This document shows, one piece after another, positions 33,742-44,000 of a stretch of 64,000 bases of DNA. This DNA comes from Alphaproteobacteria bacterium (GTDB lineage: Bacteria; Pseudomonadota; Alphaproteobacteria; GCA-2731375): the NCBI GenBank assembly GCA_965232515.1, contig CBDDPY010000002.1:4416001-4480000 (forward strand), written 5' to 3'. Under the pieces are notes generated by a model that was not told the origin of the DNA, ran no database searches, and saw nothing but the letters and a program-made list of their open reading frames with translations. Position 1 is the first letter of the stretch, and each line of letters starts with the position of its first letter. The translations under genes and the position numbers were made by a program.

Positions 33742-33948
33742 ATGTTGCAAGCGCAACCAGGTCGCGCCGTCTGACCAGCGTACCCGACCGGTCGAAAACT
33801 GACAGAACGCACTAGACGGCGCCCATGACCTAAGCAGCCACTGCTCATCCTAGAGCGTTAAGACTAGCGCCAGCGGGAGGAATTAAGGACCGCCATGAGC
33901 CCAATCCCGCAAGCACCGTAAACCGAGCTAACTGAATGCCGATCCAGC

Positions 33949-35316
33949 CTAGTCGCCGAAGCGAATGTCCATGCCGGAGACGACCTGATCGCTTGTGTAC
34001 TCGACCACCGAAATAGGTGTTTGCCGGGGATCGAGTAAGGTGATGCGATCGCCGGAGTTGTTCAGCGGCATGTCGAATGTCGTCATGACGACCCTCAGTT
34101 CGCCATTGGCCGGAACGCTACCCGCGAGCATGAATTCATTGCCGGCCCGATCCCGGAGCCGCCAACCGTCAATCGTCACCGCATGTCCGCCGGCATTGCC
34201 AAGCGTGACCGCCTCGTTGCCAGCATCCTGTCCGTCCGGATTGGGCAGGAGAGCGACAATGCGCGGGGCGCCGGAAGCGGGCGGCGGTTCCGCTGTCACT
34301 GCGCCAAGTGTGAAGTCGGCAAAAACCGGCAGATGATCTGATGCCCGGTTGGAATTGTTGCCGCGCACGGCAACGGCATTGTCGAAAACCGCAGCGGACC
34401 CCTGCTCATAATTGGCGAGCATCGTGGGCGAAACGTAGATGTGGTCGAACATAATGTCGCCGGTGTTCTGGTTCGTCCCGCGCGCGTCATGATTGCGCTG
34501 GCGGCTGTTGGGGTCGATCGTATTCACCCGCATCCCATCCGGTGTCAGTTCGTTCGTCTTGCGCCCAAAGCTGACATGACCCAGAGCGAATAGTGGCTCG
34601 GCAAGATTGATCATGAACGGACCGGGCGTCTCTTCCATCCCGGCCGGCGCGTTGGGGTCGCCAGTTTCAAGGATATTGGCGGACCGGTCGTCCGGCGAGT
34701 CGTTGCAATCGCATACATAGATGATCTTGTTCCCGTCGATTTCAGGCTCCAGTGCCTGGACAAGCCGGGACGCGGCCAGTTCGCGCCGGGCGTCCGTGGT
34801 GGCGCGGCCGCCGAACCTGGATTTCGTATGATTGACAAGCAAGGTGAAGCGGTCGCTGCCATCAGGCAGCTCGATTTCCAGCCGCAGCACGTCCCGCCGG
34901 TCGGGAAAGGCCGCCGAATCACTGCTGGCCGGAAACAAGAATTGTTCGTCATCCGCATCGAGGTCGGCACCGAAGTTGAGGATGCGGAATGGCCGTCGGA
35001 CGACGGCAGCAACGTCCTGCGGCTCGCCGCTATCGTCGTCAATCACGATGTGCCAGTCGGTTGGCGGAAAGAGCAGCTCAAGCGCGTCGCGGTCGGCGAT
35101 TTCCTGCAGGCCGATCACATCGGCCCCCAAGAGCTCGACTACGTCTCGCAACTTCGTGAGGCGATCGCCCTGCTGGTCCACGCCAGTGCTTAGGAACTTG
35201 ATATTGTAAGTGGCGATCCTTACCGACTGCTCCGCCAATGACGATGACGCTGCAAACAGTGGTAAGAGTGTGGCGGCAAGGATAAATGACGGTAGAAAAA
35301 TGGCGCGGGTTTGCAT
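33949..35316 (-). CDS. Secreted endonuclease/exonuclease/phosphatase with C-terminal lamin-tail domain
   Basis: Signal peptide; IATYNI, DVIGLQEI, DCND, FDHIYVS and SDHLPV motifs; LTD LLPNPDGQD..NEAVTL..IDGWRLRD. Confidence 0.88.
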   Translation of the reverse strand: MQTRAIFLPSFILAATLLPLFAASSSLAEQSVRIATYNIKFLSTGVDQQGDRLTKLRDVVELLGADVIGLQEIADRDALELLFPPTDWHIVIDDDSGEPQDVAAVVRRPFRILNFGADLDADDEQFLFPASSDSAAFPDRRDVLRLEIELPDGSDRFTLLVNHTKSRFGGRATTDARRELAASRLVQALEPEIDGNKIIYVCDCNDSPDDRSANILETGDPNAPAGMEETPGPFMINLAEPLFALGHVSFGRKTNELTPDGMRVNTIDPNSRQRNHDARGTNQNTGDIMFDHIYVSPTMLANYEQGSAAVFDNAVAVRGNNSNRASDHLPVFADFTLGAVTAEPPPASGAPRIVALLPNPDGQDAGNEAVTLGNAGGHAVTIDGWRLRDRAGNEFMLAGSVPANGELRVVMTTFDMPLNNSGDRITLLDPRQTPISVVEYTSDQVVSGMDIRFGD

Positions 35317-35705
35317 TGCATTCTTGCTCCCGGATTTCCACCAGACGTAATCATTCCGATATCGTATCAAACCCAAACTTGTATCTATTATGGCAATCAA
35401 AGCGTCGTTGGCTTGGCGGCATGCGCGATGAGACTTGGCTCGCGGTATCGCATGCAAGTGTGTTACGCAAGGCTTCGTTCTCCATCTAGCGTGTTCCTAA
35501 TGACACTGAGGGGTACCTGATGCAAAAAGAATCTTGGGCGCCTGCAAGAGGATTTACGGCATCAGCCACCCGGACCTAAAGCGTCGGCGCTATTTGCGAC
35601 ACGGGATCTACAGGAATATGAGTGCGACCCTCGCGGACTTGGCCGAGGACGCGCCCTCGACGACCTTTTGTTGTTGGCACGCTCGCGGTAAGCGGGGTAA
35701 TTGCT

Positions 35706-36143
35706 CTACCGTGGTGCCTGTTCCGTGATCAACTCGATCTCCAGTAGTTCCTTGGCTGTAGGCCGTCGGCGCGCGCCGCCTGCCTCGATCCAAATTTTCA
35801 GGGTGATCGGTCCCTCCACCACGCTCTGCGGCAAGCGAATGGGGGGATGCGTGCTTTCGCTCTGCCGCGCAGCCTGGCCGAACGGCATAACGCGACCCAG
35901 GGGGTTTCCTTGCGCATCGGCGATAACCATGATGGCGTCGCCGAGCAGTGGTCCCGTTCGGACCCGAAGCCATAGGGTTTCGTAGTGCCCGAGCGGCCGC
36001 ACGGGGATCAGGGTGCGAGTCACGTAGCTTTGCGACACGGTCGTGGAATTGGCCTCTGACTTGGCCGAACTCGTGGCAACCGGGCTGAACGCCATGATGA
36101 CGCCCGCTAGACTTGTCCCGAATACGACCCAGCCAAGCCGCAC
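35706..36143 (-). CDS. Secreted hypothetical protein (tyrosinase operon)
   Basis: Signal peptide; starts 2 nt after the tyrosinase stop. Confidence 0.7.
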   Translation of the reverse strand: MRLGWVVFGTSLAGVIMAFSPVATSSAKSEANSTTVSQSYVTRTLIPVRPLGHYETLWLRVRTGPLLGDAIMVIADAQGNPLGRVMPFGQAARQSESTHPPIRLPQSVVEGPITLKIWIEAGGARRRPTAKELLEIELITEQAPR

Positions 36144-36145
36144 TC

Positions 36146-37720
36146 TCAGAATGCCCCTATCGAGACCGCGTTCAGTTTGCCCGTCCCGATGTTCCTGGAT
36201 TCAAGCGCCGAGCCGCCGGCCGTGCTTCGTGCCGCCAGCACAACGTCGAGCTCCTGACCCGACGTCAGTGCGTTCTGCTGGCGAAGGCGACGGACCGTAT
36301 CGGTAATCCCGACGGTAAAGGAAGACGTCATGTCCTTATGGTGGAGTTCGCCGAAGAAGCTAACGCTGCCAGCAAAATTCGCGCTCCTCACGTCTGGCTT
36401 GATCTCCTGGCCCTTGGGACTAACGAAAATGTCGAATACCACATCGCTCGTCTGATCCGGCGGCGTGATCGTCACCGTTGCGAAGAAACGCCGATCCTCG
36501 TCGGCAGCCATGCGCTCGGCTAAACCAGTGGGTAGTGCGACGGCTGATCGCGCCGCAGTCTCAATTCCAAAAGCGACCGCGGTATTGCTGGTAGTAGCCG
36601 AGGGGGTATCGCCAGTTGCAAGTGGGACCTGTATCACGTCCTCTCCGGTTCCAGGTTCGTAATCGTAGCCAAACGACTCGACATTGAAATAATCACCTGC
36701 TGACACTAGCGACGTCGGATTGCCCGCGCGATCGTGAAAGAACAAGAACGGCTCGGCTGCGAAGACGGTGACCTGCGAGCCGTCCGGCCCGGTCGGCTGA
36801 CCTTTCACCTGCTGCTTGCGAGTCCAGACGTCCCACAAGCGATCGATGTTACAGTGATGCATGAAGAATATCGGATCAACAGGTGATAGGAAATCACCCA
36901 TAAAGCCACTGAGATCACCGTGAACAAGGTTATGCGGCTGATCTTCCAAGATCGCGTAGTCCCCGGCGAACCCGTGATGACTTGTCGTCACTGCAGTCTC
37001 GAACGCGTGACTCCCATCTGTCTCGACGTAGCGTTCCGGCGCCAGAAGATCTTTGATTACAGGCTCCTTCACGGCCAGATCAGCGAACACCAGTTCCGGG
37101 TTTCTCTGCGTTGGCCGTCTCGTTTGGCCCTGTGGAAAGAAAACGGATTCGGCGTCATTCCAAAGTGCCTGGAAGTTCGGATAGCGACGGACCGTCTGCT
37201 GTGCGCGCTGGCCAGGCGAGAGACCGTCCCAGTAGGCCTCGAGCGCGGGCCGAAACTGGTCCCGGAATGTCGCGACATCGGGCACGAAAGCCGAATTGTT
37301 GGGATCGAGCACGTCGTCCCAGAAGGCCGCGGGAACTGCCGGCTCTTTGGTCCAGTCCCAGAACGGCAGCGCGAAATCGTTCACTCCAGTGAGCTCACGA
37401 CATATCTGCTCGATCCAACCAAGGTAGCCACGGTGCCAAACCAGAAACCACCAATTGCCGTGGGGACAATCCATCAGATGCGTGAACGCGTAGCGGTACC
37501 AGTTGCGTGGATCGGTCGGCGGCAACTCGAGCATGGCCTTGACCGCCGTCTTGTAGGTCGCAAGATCTTTCGCGACGTTAGGCCCCTGGAGGCTCTTGCG
37601 CGTGTGTTTGGCTGCCGAATAGGCGAACGTATTCGGAAAGCTGACTGCCAAGCTGGCCGCGGCGCTCGTGGTCAGGAAGCCACGCCGAGACAGTCGGCCA
37701 AATTGCCCTGTGGATCGCAT
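36146..37720 (-). CDS. Tat-exported tyrosinase with C-terminal domain
   Basis: SRRGFL Tat motif; CuA H..DCPHGNWWFLVWHR; CuB PHNLVH...DPIFFMHHCNIDRLW. Confidence 0.93.
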   Translation of the reverse strand: MRSTGQFGRLSRRGFLTTSAAASLAVSFPNTFAYSAAKHTRKSLQGPNVAKDLATYKTAVKAMLELPPTDPRNWYRYAFTHLMDCPHGNWWFLVWHRGYLGWIEQICRELTGVNDFALPFWDWTKEPAVPAAFWDDVLDPNNSAFVPDVATFRDQFRPALEAYWDGLSPGQRAQQTVRRYPNFQALWNDAESVFFPQGQTRRPTQRNPELVFADLAVKEPVIKDLLAPERYVETDGSHAFETAVTTSHHGFAGDYAILEDQPHNLVHGDLSGFMGDFLSPVDPIFFMHHCNIDRLWDVWTRKQQVKGQPTGPDGSQVTVFAAEPFLFFHDRAGNPTSLVSAGDYFNVESFGYDYEPGTGEDVIQVPLATGDTPSATTSNTAVAFGIETAARSAVALPTGLAERMAADEDRRFFATVTITPPDQTSDVVFDIFVSPKGQEIKPDVRSANFAGSVSFFGELHHKDMTSSFTVGITDTVRRLRQQNALTSGQELDVVLAARSTAGGSALESRNIGTGKLNAVSIGAF

Positions 37721-37830
37721 TACCAGTCCCCTTTCCCTTGCAAAACGCCCGATTCACTTCCGACCGGACAACTTCCTGGTATGTGGTACGGCCAGTCTCG
37801 GCGATCGTCGCGGTGTCGTCCGCGCAGACG

Positions 37831-38232
37831 TCACCGTTGCCGCACCGCGTACCAGGACGCCACAAAGCCGGCTTCGGCCTGGCCATTAGAGTGCGGCTCG
37901 GTCCGCACAATGGTGCCGACGATTGCGTCGACCTGGTCGACCCCGTTCGGCCAGTTCGGCACGACGAAGCCGAGATAATCGTAGACCCAGGTCTCCTCGC
38001 TGATGTCGCCACGGCCCTGGAACCGGATGCTAGTCGGATCCCCCTTGGCGACAGTGCCGCTCAGCGCTAGCGACCAGCTACTTCCGCCGAGCATTCCACC
38101 GATCGTGCCTGGCTCGGGCTGGGTCAGCTCCAAGGTACCCATGCCGAACCGCAGATCGTTGAAAGGTATGGCAAGATCCGAATTGTTGATCAGGCTGCGA
38201 TAGCTCCAGGTGCCTTCGAAGGAAACGGTCAT
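37831..38232 (-). CDS. Small beta-barrel protein (avidin-like pattern)
   Basis: FEGTWSYRS followed by alternating strand pattern; GGAG RBS. Confidence 0.65.
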   Translation of the reverse strand: MTVSFEGTWSYRSLINNSDLAIPFNDLRFGMGTLELTQPEPGTIGGMLGGSSWSLALSGTVAKGDPTSIRFQGRGDISEETWVYDYLGFVVPNWPNGVDQVDAIVGTIVRTEPHSNGQAEAGFVASWYAVRQR

Positions 38233-38268
38233 AGCGGTCTCCAATCTTCCTTCACACGCTGGGAAAGG

Positions 38269-40359
38269 TTAGCGATGCGTAGCTACAATGCCGCCCTTGC
38301 CGTCGGGCAGGGCGATGCGCACGTTCTGCATCATGCCTCGGTCCTCGTGGTCGAGGATGTGACAGTGCAGGACGAAGTCTCCAATGTACCGCCGGTAGTG
38401 CATGCGGACGCGGATGCGATACGGCGTTCGCGTCGCGCCGCGGCGCTCTTGAGTCACGAACAACGTGTCCTTCCAGGTTCCCTTGAGCCGCGCGTAGGGC
38501 GACGTGTTGTCGGGCTCGTAGCCGCTGACATCCCTTCCGTCAGCGTCCAAGATCTCGACGATCTGAAACGGGTTGACATGTATGTGGAAAGGATGGCCAC
38601 CCAGAAAGGAGCGCAGTTCCCAGTCGTCGATGTTGCCGAGGATGAGGTTGCGATCGATGCGATCGGGGTCGTAGGACTGTGGGTCCTTGAGGCCCCCCTG
38701 CGCGTTCAGCGCGCCGATCTGAAAAACCGGGCCATTGGGGCCGCCACGTATCACGAAGCCGAGTGTATGCTCGAGTTGGGGACTGCGCGCCAGCAAGGAA
38801 TCGTGCGGCTGAAAGGCCGCCAAGCCTAGCCGCTGCTCGAGATCGGCTACGATGCGATCATGCAGGTCGACAGGCATGAAAAGGCGTGCCGCTTCGATCA
38901 ATCGTTGTTTGATGTATTCCGCCGGCGTGGCATTGCCGATTCCGGCGCCAGGCCCCACCTCGACGAAGCCCATGAGCTTTCGACTCTTGGTCTCCTGAGC
39001 GACTGTGTCGACGTCGACCGCATCGGCATCAACGATGCAGTAGGTTCCGGGCTCGGGAAACACCATAAGCAGGTCCTCTCGGTAGCCCGGATGCATATGG
39101 CTCTTGTCTTGCGTGACCAGTCGGTCGCGTGTCAGGCCGTCCGTGGCAAGCGAGAGCTGCTGTGCTGTTGCGCCGCTGCAATTGGCATCCACGAAGGCAG
39201 ATTGCGCATCGGACGTCACGGCAGTGTAAGCTGTTGCCGAAGCCACAACCGTGGAGGGTGCAGACAGCTTCTTGAATTCCAGCGTGATCGAATCGCGCAC
39301 GCCGGCGTGTATCAGTCGCCATCGTTCGATTTGCCCGGCAATCGAAGTATTGAAGGTTGGAACGACGCGGCCATTGATGCTGGTGTACCGGCCCGAGGAG
39401 CTCCATAGCCCAGGGCCGAACTGATCGTACCGCTCGATCGTTCCGACCTCACCTGGATCGCAGATCCACGTACCGGCCGCATCGGTCTTTATCGGGCCGC
39501 CCTCGATTTCTCGACATGCATAAGGAATCTGCTGAAACAGCAAGACACGTTCCGGGATGGCCGTGCCGTCGGCATTCCTCAGCAGTGTATCCACATCACC
39601 GGTGCCGTCCGCTGTCGGCAGTCGGTCGCCGCGAATGATCAGGGCGCCTGCCATTCCGCTGGATACCTGAAGCGCCGTGGAACCATGCAGATGCGGGTGG
39701 TACCAGAACGTGCCTGCAGGATGGTCCGCGGGGATGTTGTACTCGTACGTGAAGCTGACGTTTGGCAGAATTCGGATCAATACATTGTCGGAATTGCCTG
39801 AGGGATTCACCCAGAGGCCATGAGTGTGCATGTTCGTTGAGTTAAAGCAGTGGGGCGTGTTGACGTCTCCACCTCCCTGACAAGAACGATCGTTAGCGGG
39901 CAGTTTGTTGTTGAGTGTAAGACGAAACGTTTCGCCCGGCCGCAGGTTCACTGTAGGTGCCACGAAAGGCACATTCAGATCGACGCCGTCTCCCTGGTAC
40001 GACCGTAGTCTTACCTTGTCGAACTGACCCGTTCTGGGATTGAAGATCTGCCCTTCTGTGTAGCGGATATCGACGTTCCAGGCGACTTCGCCGCCCCTTG
40101 CTTCCAGCCCGGTCGCCTTCGGTGCAGCAACACTAGCCAGCTCTGCGTCGAGTCGCCGGGCTGCCGCCAATGGTATAAGTCGGGCGCTCGACGGATTGCC
40201 AATGGCCACGTCGGCCGGATGCACATTTTCTGCGACTGCTGACCCGCAAAATCCGGTCATGACGATACCGACCACAATGCCAAGCCGCGTGCTTGATCGT
40301 CTCGGTGGCCTCCGGCCATCGCGCACTGAAGCATATACTGGTAGCAGTTTCACCGACAT
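38269..40359 (-). CDS. Exported multicopper oxidase (laccase-like)
   Basis: All four Cu motifs present: HTHG, WYHPHLHG, HPFHIH, HCHILDHEDRGMM; N-terminal signal. Confidence 0.94.
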   Translation of the reverse strand: MSVKLLPVYASVRDGRRPPRRSSTRLGIVVGIVMTGFCGSAVAENVHPADVAIGNPSSARLIPLAAARRLDAELASVAAPKATGLEARGGEVAWNVDIRYTEGQIFNPRTGQFDKVRLRSYQGDGVDLNVPFVAPTVNLRPGETFRLTLNNKLPANDRSCQGGGDVNTPHCFNSTNMHTHGLWVNPSGNSDNVLIRILPNVSFTYEYNIPADHPAGTFWYHPHLHGSTALQVSSGMAGALIIRGDRLPTADGTGDVDTLLRNADGTAIPERVLLFQQIPYACREIEGGPIKTDAAGTWICDPGEVGTIERYDQFGPGLWSSSGRYTSINGRVVPTFNTSIAGQIERWRLIHAGVRDSITLEFKKLSAPSTVVASATAYTAVTSDAQSAFVDANCSGATAQQLSLATDGLTRDRLVTQDKSHMHPGYREDLLMVFPEPGTYCIVDADAVDVDTVAQETKSRKLMGFVEVGPGAGIGNATPAEYIKQRLIEAARLFMPVDLHDRIVADLEQRLGLAAFQPHDSLLARSPQLEHTLGFVIRGGPNGPVFQIGALNAQGGLKDPQSYDPDRIDRNLILGNIDDWELRSFLGGHPFHIHVNPFQIVEILDADGRDVSGYEPDNTSPYARLKGTWKDTLFVTQERRGATRTPYRIRVRMHYRRYIGDFVLHCHILDHEDRGMMQNVRIALPDGKGGIVATHR

Positions 40360-40703
40360 GCTCCCCTCTGCGCCGCGTTAGCCTAACGTTTGCAGGGCCA
40401 GTGAGCTCCGGTTTCGGCGACCTACGAAGATGTACCGCCATTCATGGTAGCGCGAATCAAAAATATACACTATGTATCTATTGTTGTAAATTCGTCAGTG
40501 CCACCGATCGAAACATGAATTTTCAGGGGTACGCATTGGCGAAGTTGTTCGTGTCTGGAGCGCGCGGGAGTTGGATCACCACAGTCTGTCCGACCGCTGC
40601 CTCCAATGACCGGCACCGGCTTCAACAAGTTCGTTTCCACGTTGTGACGGACCGGTAGCTATGTACGTTCCGAAACAAGAAGCTCTCAAACCGCCCACTT
40701 CCG

Positions 40704-40784
40704 CCCGGGATTTGAGTGACTGGTAGCAAACTAGGCTCTGGAACCCGTGAGGTCGCAAAAATCCAAATCCTGCCCCCGCAACCA
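40704..40784 (+). pseudogene. Degenerate tRNA-fMet remnant
   Basis: 3' CAAATCCTGCCCCCGCAACCA matches the initiator-tRNA 3' end; TGGTAGC, AGGCTC and AACCC..AGGTCG traces remain; anticodon, T-loop and acceptor pairing are broken. Confidence 0.7.
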
Positions 40785-41054
40785 CATCCGGTCGTGCCCC
40801 GTCCAGTCCGGCCACATTCTAGGATTTCTGGCCAACTGACTGCCCATTGATCGAGTTCTATCGTTGGAGATTCGGATTTCTTCTTCGAGAGTCCGAGGTC
40901 GCATCAAGGCTTACCGGTGGTGCCGTGTTCGTGCGGTGTCCTCAGCCGGTAAATGACATGCGTTGGTGGAGCAACGCTAGGTGATAGGCTTGTAGAGGCT
41001 TTACGGCAGTGTGGGCAGCACCATGCTGCTGTTCAAAATCTGAAATCTCCGATG

Positions 41055-44000
41055 CTAAGCCAGAGCGACGCCGACGTGGTCGAGCGCGCCGTTTTCCCGC
41101 ATCGACTGCACGATCGCCTGTATGGAGGTGCCAAATGATCTGCGGCGCTCGGTGCCCTGGTGCAGGGCGACGATATTCATGTCGGCGTCGAAGCAAGGTG
41201 CCCCCGCCAAGCCCGGTGCCGTGTCGGCGTTATAGAAAATTCGCGTCTCTGCCTGGTCGATTTCAGTGATACCGCGGCTGGCAAAAGTGACATGCAAGGG
41301 GTTTCCGTTCGAGTGATGCAAAATCAGCAGCTGTTTATAGACGCGCGGTTGGCCGAGGCTGCCCATCAGGTCGAACCAGTGACGTCGCGACAGCTCCATT
41401 GATGCTCCGAACTCAGGTAAGGTCTCCATTTCCAGGACCGGCTCGTCGCCGGGGTGGCCGTCAACACGCACAAGCAGATAGGCAAGGTGCCACCGGTCGC
41501 TCGCATCGTCGTCGTTGTGTCTGGAGACGTCGACGAACGAGTAATCCTGACCCTTGAATGTGTGTCGATCCGTACCTCCGTCCGCTCTGATATCGAACAC
41601 GAACTCCAGGTCGTTCGCCCGCGAAAAATCAGACAGATGCTGGATCGCAGCGTGAGACGTGAACACTAGATCAGGCCCGACGAGTAGGCCCGTGGCAACT
41701 GGTTCTCCTCGAACGTCGATACGGCAGAGCTGTCTGGCGACAGCGGCGACTTTAGACTGCAGCTCTTCCTGAGAGAGCATGCTCGACAACTGTGCCATTC
41801 GCTCCAGCTCCTTCTGCTGATAGCGAACGACACCGGTCTCCAACTCGTTCGCGATCCTGAGTAGCTCGCCGTCTGATGGCCGGAGCTGTGCCGCCATGTC
41901 GACTAGATTTTCGAGCCAACCTTCTTGATTGGCCATCTGCAGTAGCCCGAAGACCTGTACAGGCGGGGGATTGTTTAGCGATACGATCGATTCCAGGCTT
42001 CGACCCGTGGCGAAAACCAGCAGCCGCAGTTCGTCGAGCGAAAATGCCCGGACGAAGATGCTGCTTATGTCAGTCAAGCGCCGGCCGCGGCCAACTGCCC
42101 GGCTCCACCAGCTGCGAACTGTATGCATTGGCTCAGTCGTTTGCGCGCGCTTGGATCGCGGCTGCGTCTTGCGTAACTCACCAACTGCAACCTCGAGAAA
42201 CTTGTTGGCATGGGCTAGACCGAATTTCGAGAACGCGTCGTTCAGCACGACTGGCACTAGGGTCATCAAACCAACGAACAGCCCCTGCCAGGTGGCGTTC
42301 AGGGACTGTTGCGGAGAAATCGACACGGACCGGGCGACTACCCCGGGCTTCTCGCCCTGCGACTCGGACACCTTCTGGTCGTACTCGCTCATGGCGCGTC
42401 CAAGTCGCCGGCGTCCGGGTTCGGACACTGCTTCGAGTACACCACCCCTAATGCCGGCCAGAACGACCCTCGGCTCGTCGGCCCCGATGCCAATGATCGC
42501 CCGCTTGACGAGATCGGCGTGCGTCGTGAGTTGCTCGTCGGACATCACAAACACCGCCTCCGCAAGCCTGTCACTGTTTACCGATAGGATCTTTTCGTCC
42601 TTTAGCTCGGAGGCCCATTCGAACTTGAGTAGCGCGATCTCGAGCGATTTACGCACATCCTCGCGATCGACGGCGATCCGCTGCGCCTGAGACAATAAGC
42701 CGCGTGCCTCATCGTAGTCACCCAGCTCGTAGGCGACTTTGGCCGAGATGAGTTGCAACGCGACCCGATAGCCGCTTGCCGCCGTTGACGGCAGGGACGC
42801 AAGGCCGCGACTGGCGACAGCCCCAGCCTCTTCCGGTTCCCCGGTCTTGAGCAGCAGTTCGGCCTCGTCGACATATAGCCAGCTGCCTGCCGATCGATCT
42901 TTACGCTCGCGTAGGATCTGCAGCCTTTTTTCGGGCGAGGCCTCCTCCTTCGCCCGCCTTCTGGCATCGGATTCCCAGGTCGCCAGAGACGCGGCGCGGC
43001 GCAGCTCCCTCGGCACGTCCTCACCCATGAGTGATAAGAACAGTGCCTTGCTCTGCAGCGGCAACTCCTCTTCTACGCCCGCCAGATACTGGTCAATCCC
43101 GGCTACGTTCCATCGATCGCGAACCGACTGCTCGTCGTCCCCACGGGCCAGCCGGTGATAGATCTCCTCTGCCCGTAGCCGCGGTCTCTCTTGATCGTCC
43201 GAATGGTCCGAGGCCGTGGTGTAGTAGTCGATCGCCTGGTCGAGGACCTCACCGAGCCTGTCCACGTCCAGGTCCCGCATTAGATCGAGTAGCGCCTGTC
43301 GGACTTCCGGTCTCGGGTAGATCTCTGCAGCGTCCTCATGGTTCGCCGAGAACAGATCGATCGCACTCCGCAGCTTCTCGAACAGTTCCAGTCCGGCCGC
43401 ATCGCTGAGAACGCCCGTATCCAGAGACGGGGCCAGCACTTTACTGACGATGTCGGCGTCAATTACCCGAAGCAGCAGCGCCGGTCCGGCGACGCCTTGC
43501 ACGTCCTTGTCCTCGATATGATCGAGGTAGCGCGTGATCAGCTGGTTCTGGATGCGCCCGGCCTGCAACTCGGACCAGAACTGCTCGTCCAGGGCCGCCG
43601 TTCCCTGTTCCTGGCGTTGCTTCCAAACCGCCACAGCCACCCTGAGGGTCAGGGGACTCACACCAGCGTCGTCTTCGTCCATGCGGCGTGCCACCCGACC
43701 AGCCAGATCGGAGGGAAAGCCGCCGTCGGAGAGATATTCGACGGCGAACTTCCGTTTCAGGCCCTTGAGCTCCAGCTTGTCGGTCTTTAGGTCGAATTCC
43801 GCCAGCGCGTAGCTGTCCTCGTCCGGATTCCTGCCGATCGGTGCACGGCCCGCAATGATGAGACGTAGATAGGGATGGGTCTCCTGCAAGCTGTCCACGA
43901 ATCGCCAGAATGCCGAAATCGACTCGCGGTCGCTGAATCGCGCCTTTTCGAAGGTATCGAGGAACAAGAGATAAGGCCTTTCACTGAGGGAATTCGCCTC

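Noticed and set aside
40704-40784. Functional tRNA gene
   Set aside because: Acceptor stem, anticodon loop and TTC of the T-loop are disrupted; reported as a remnant only.
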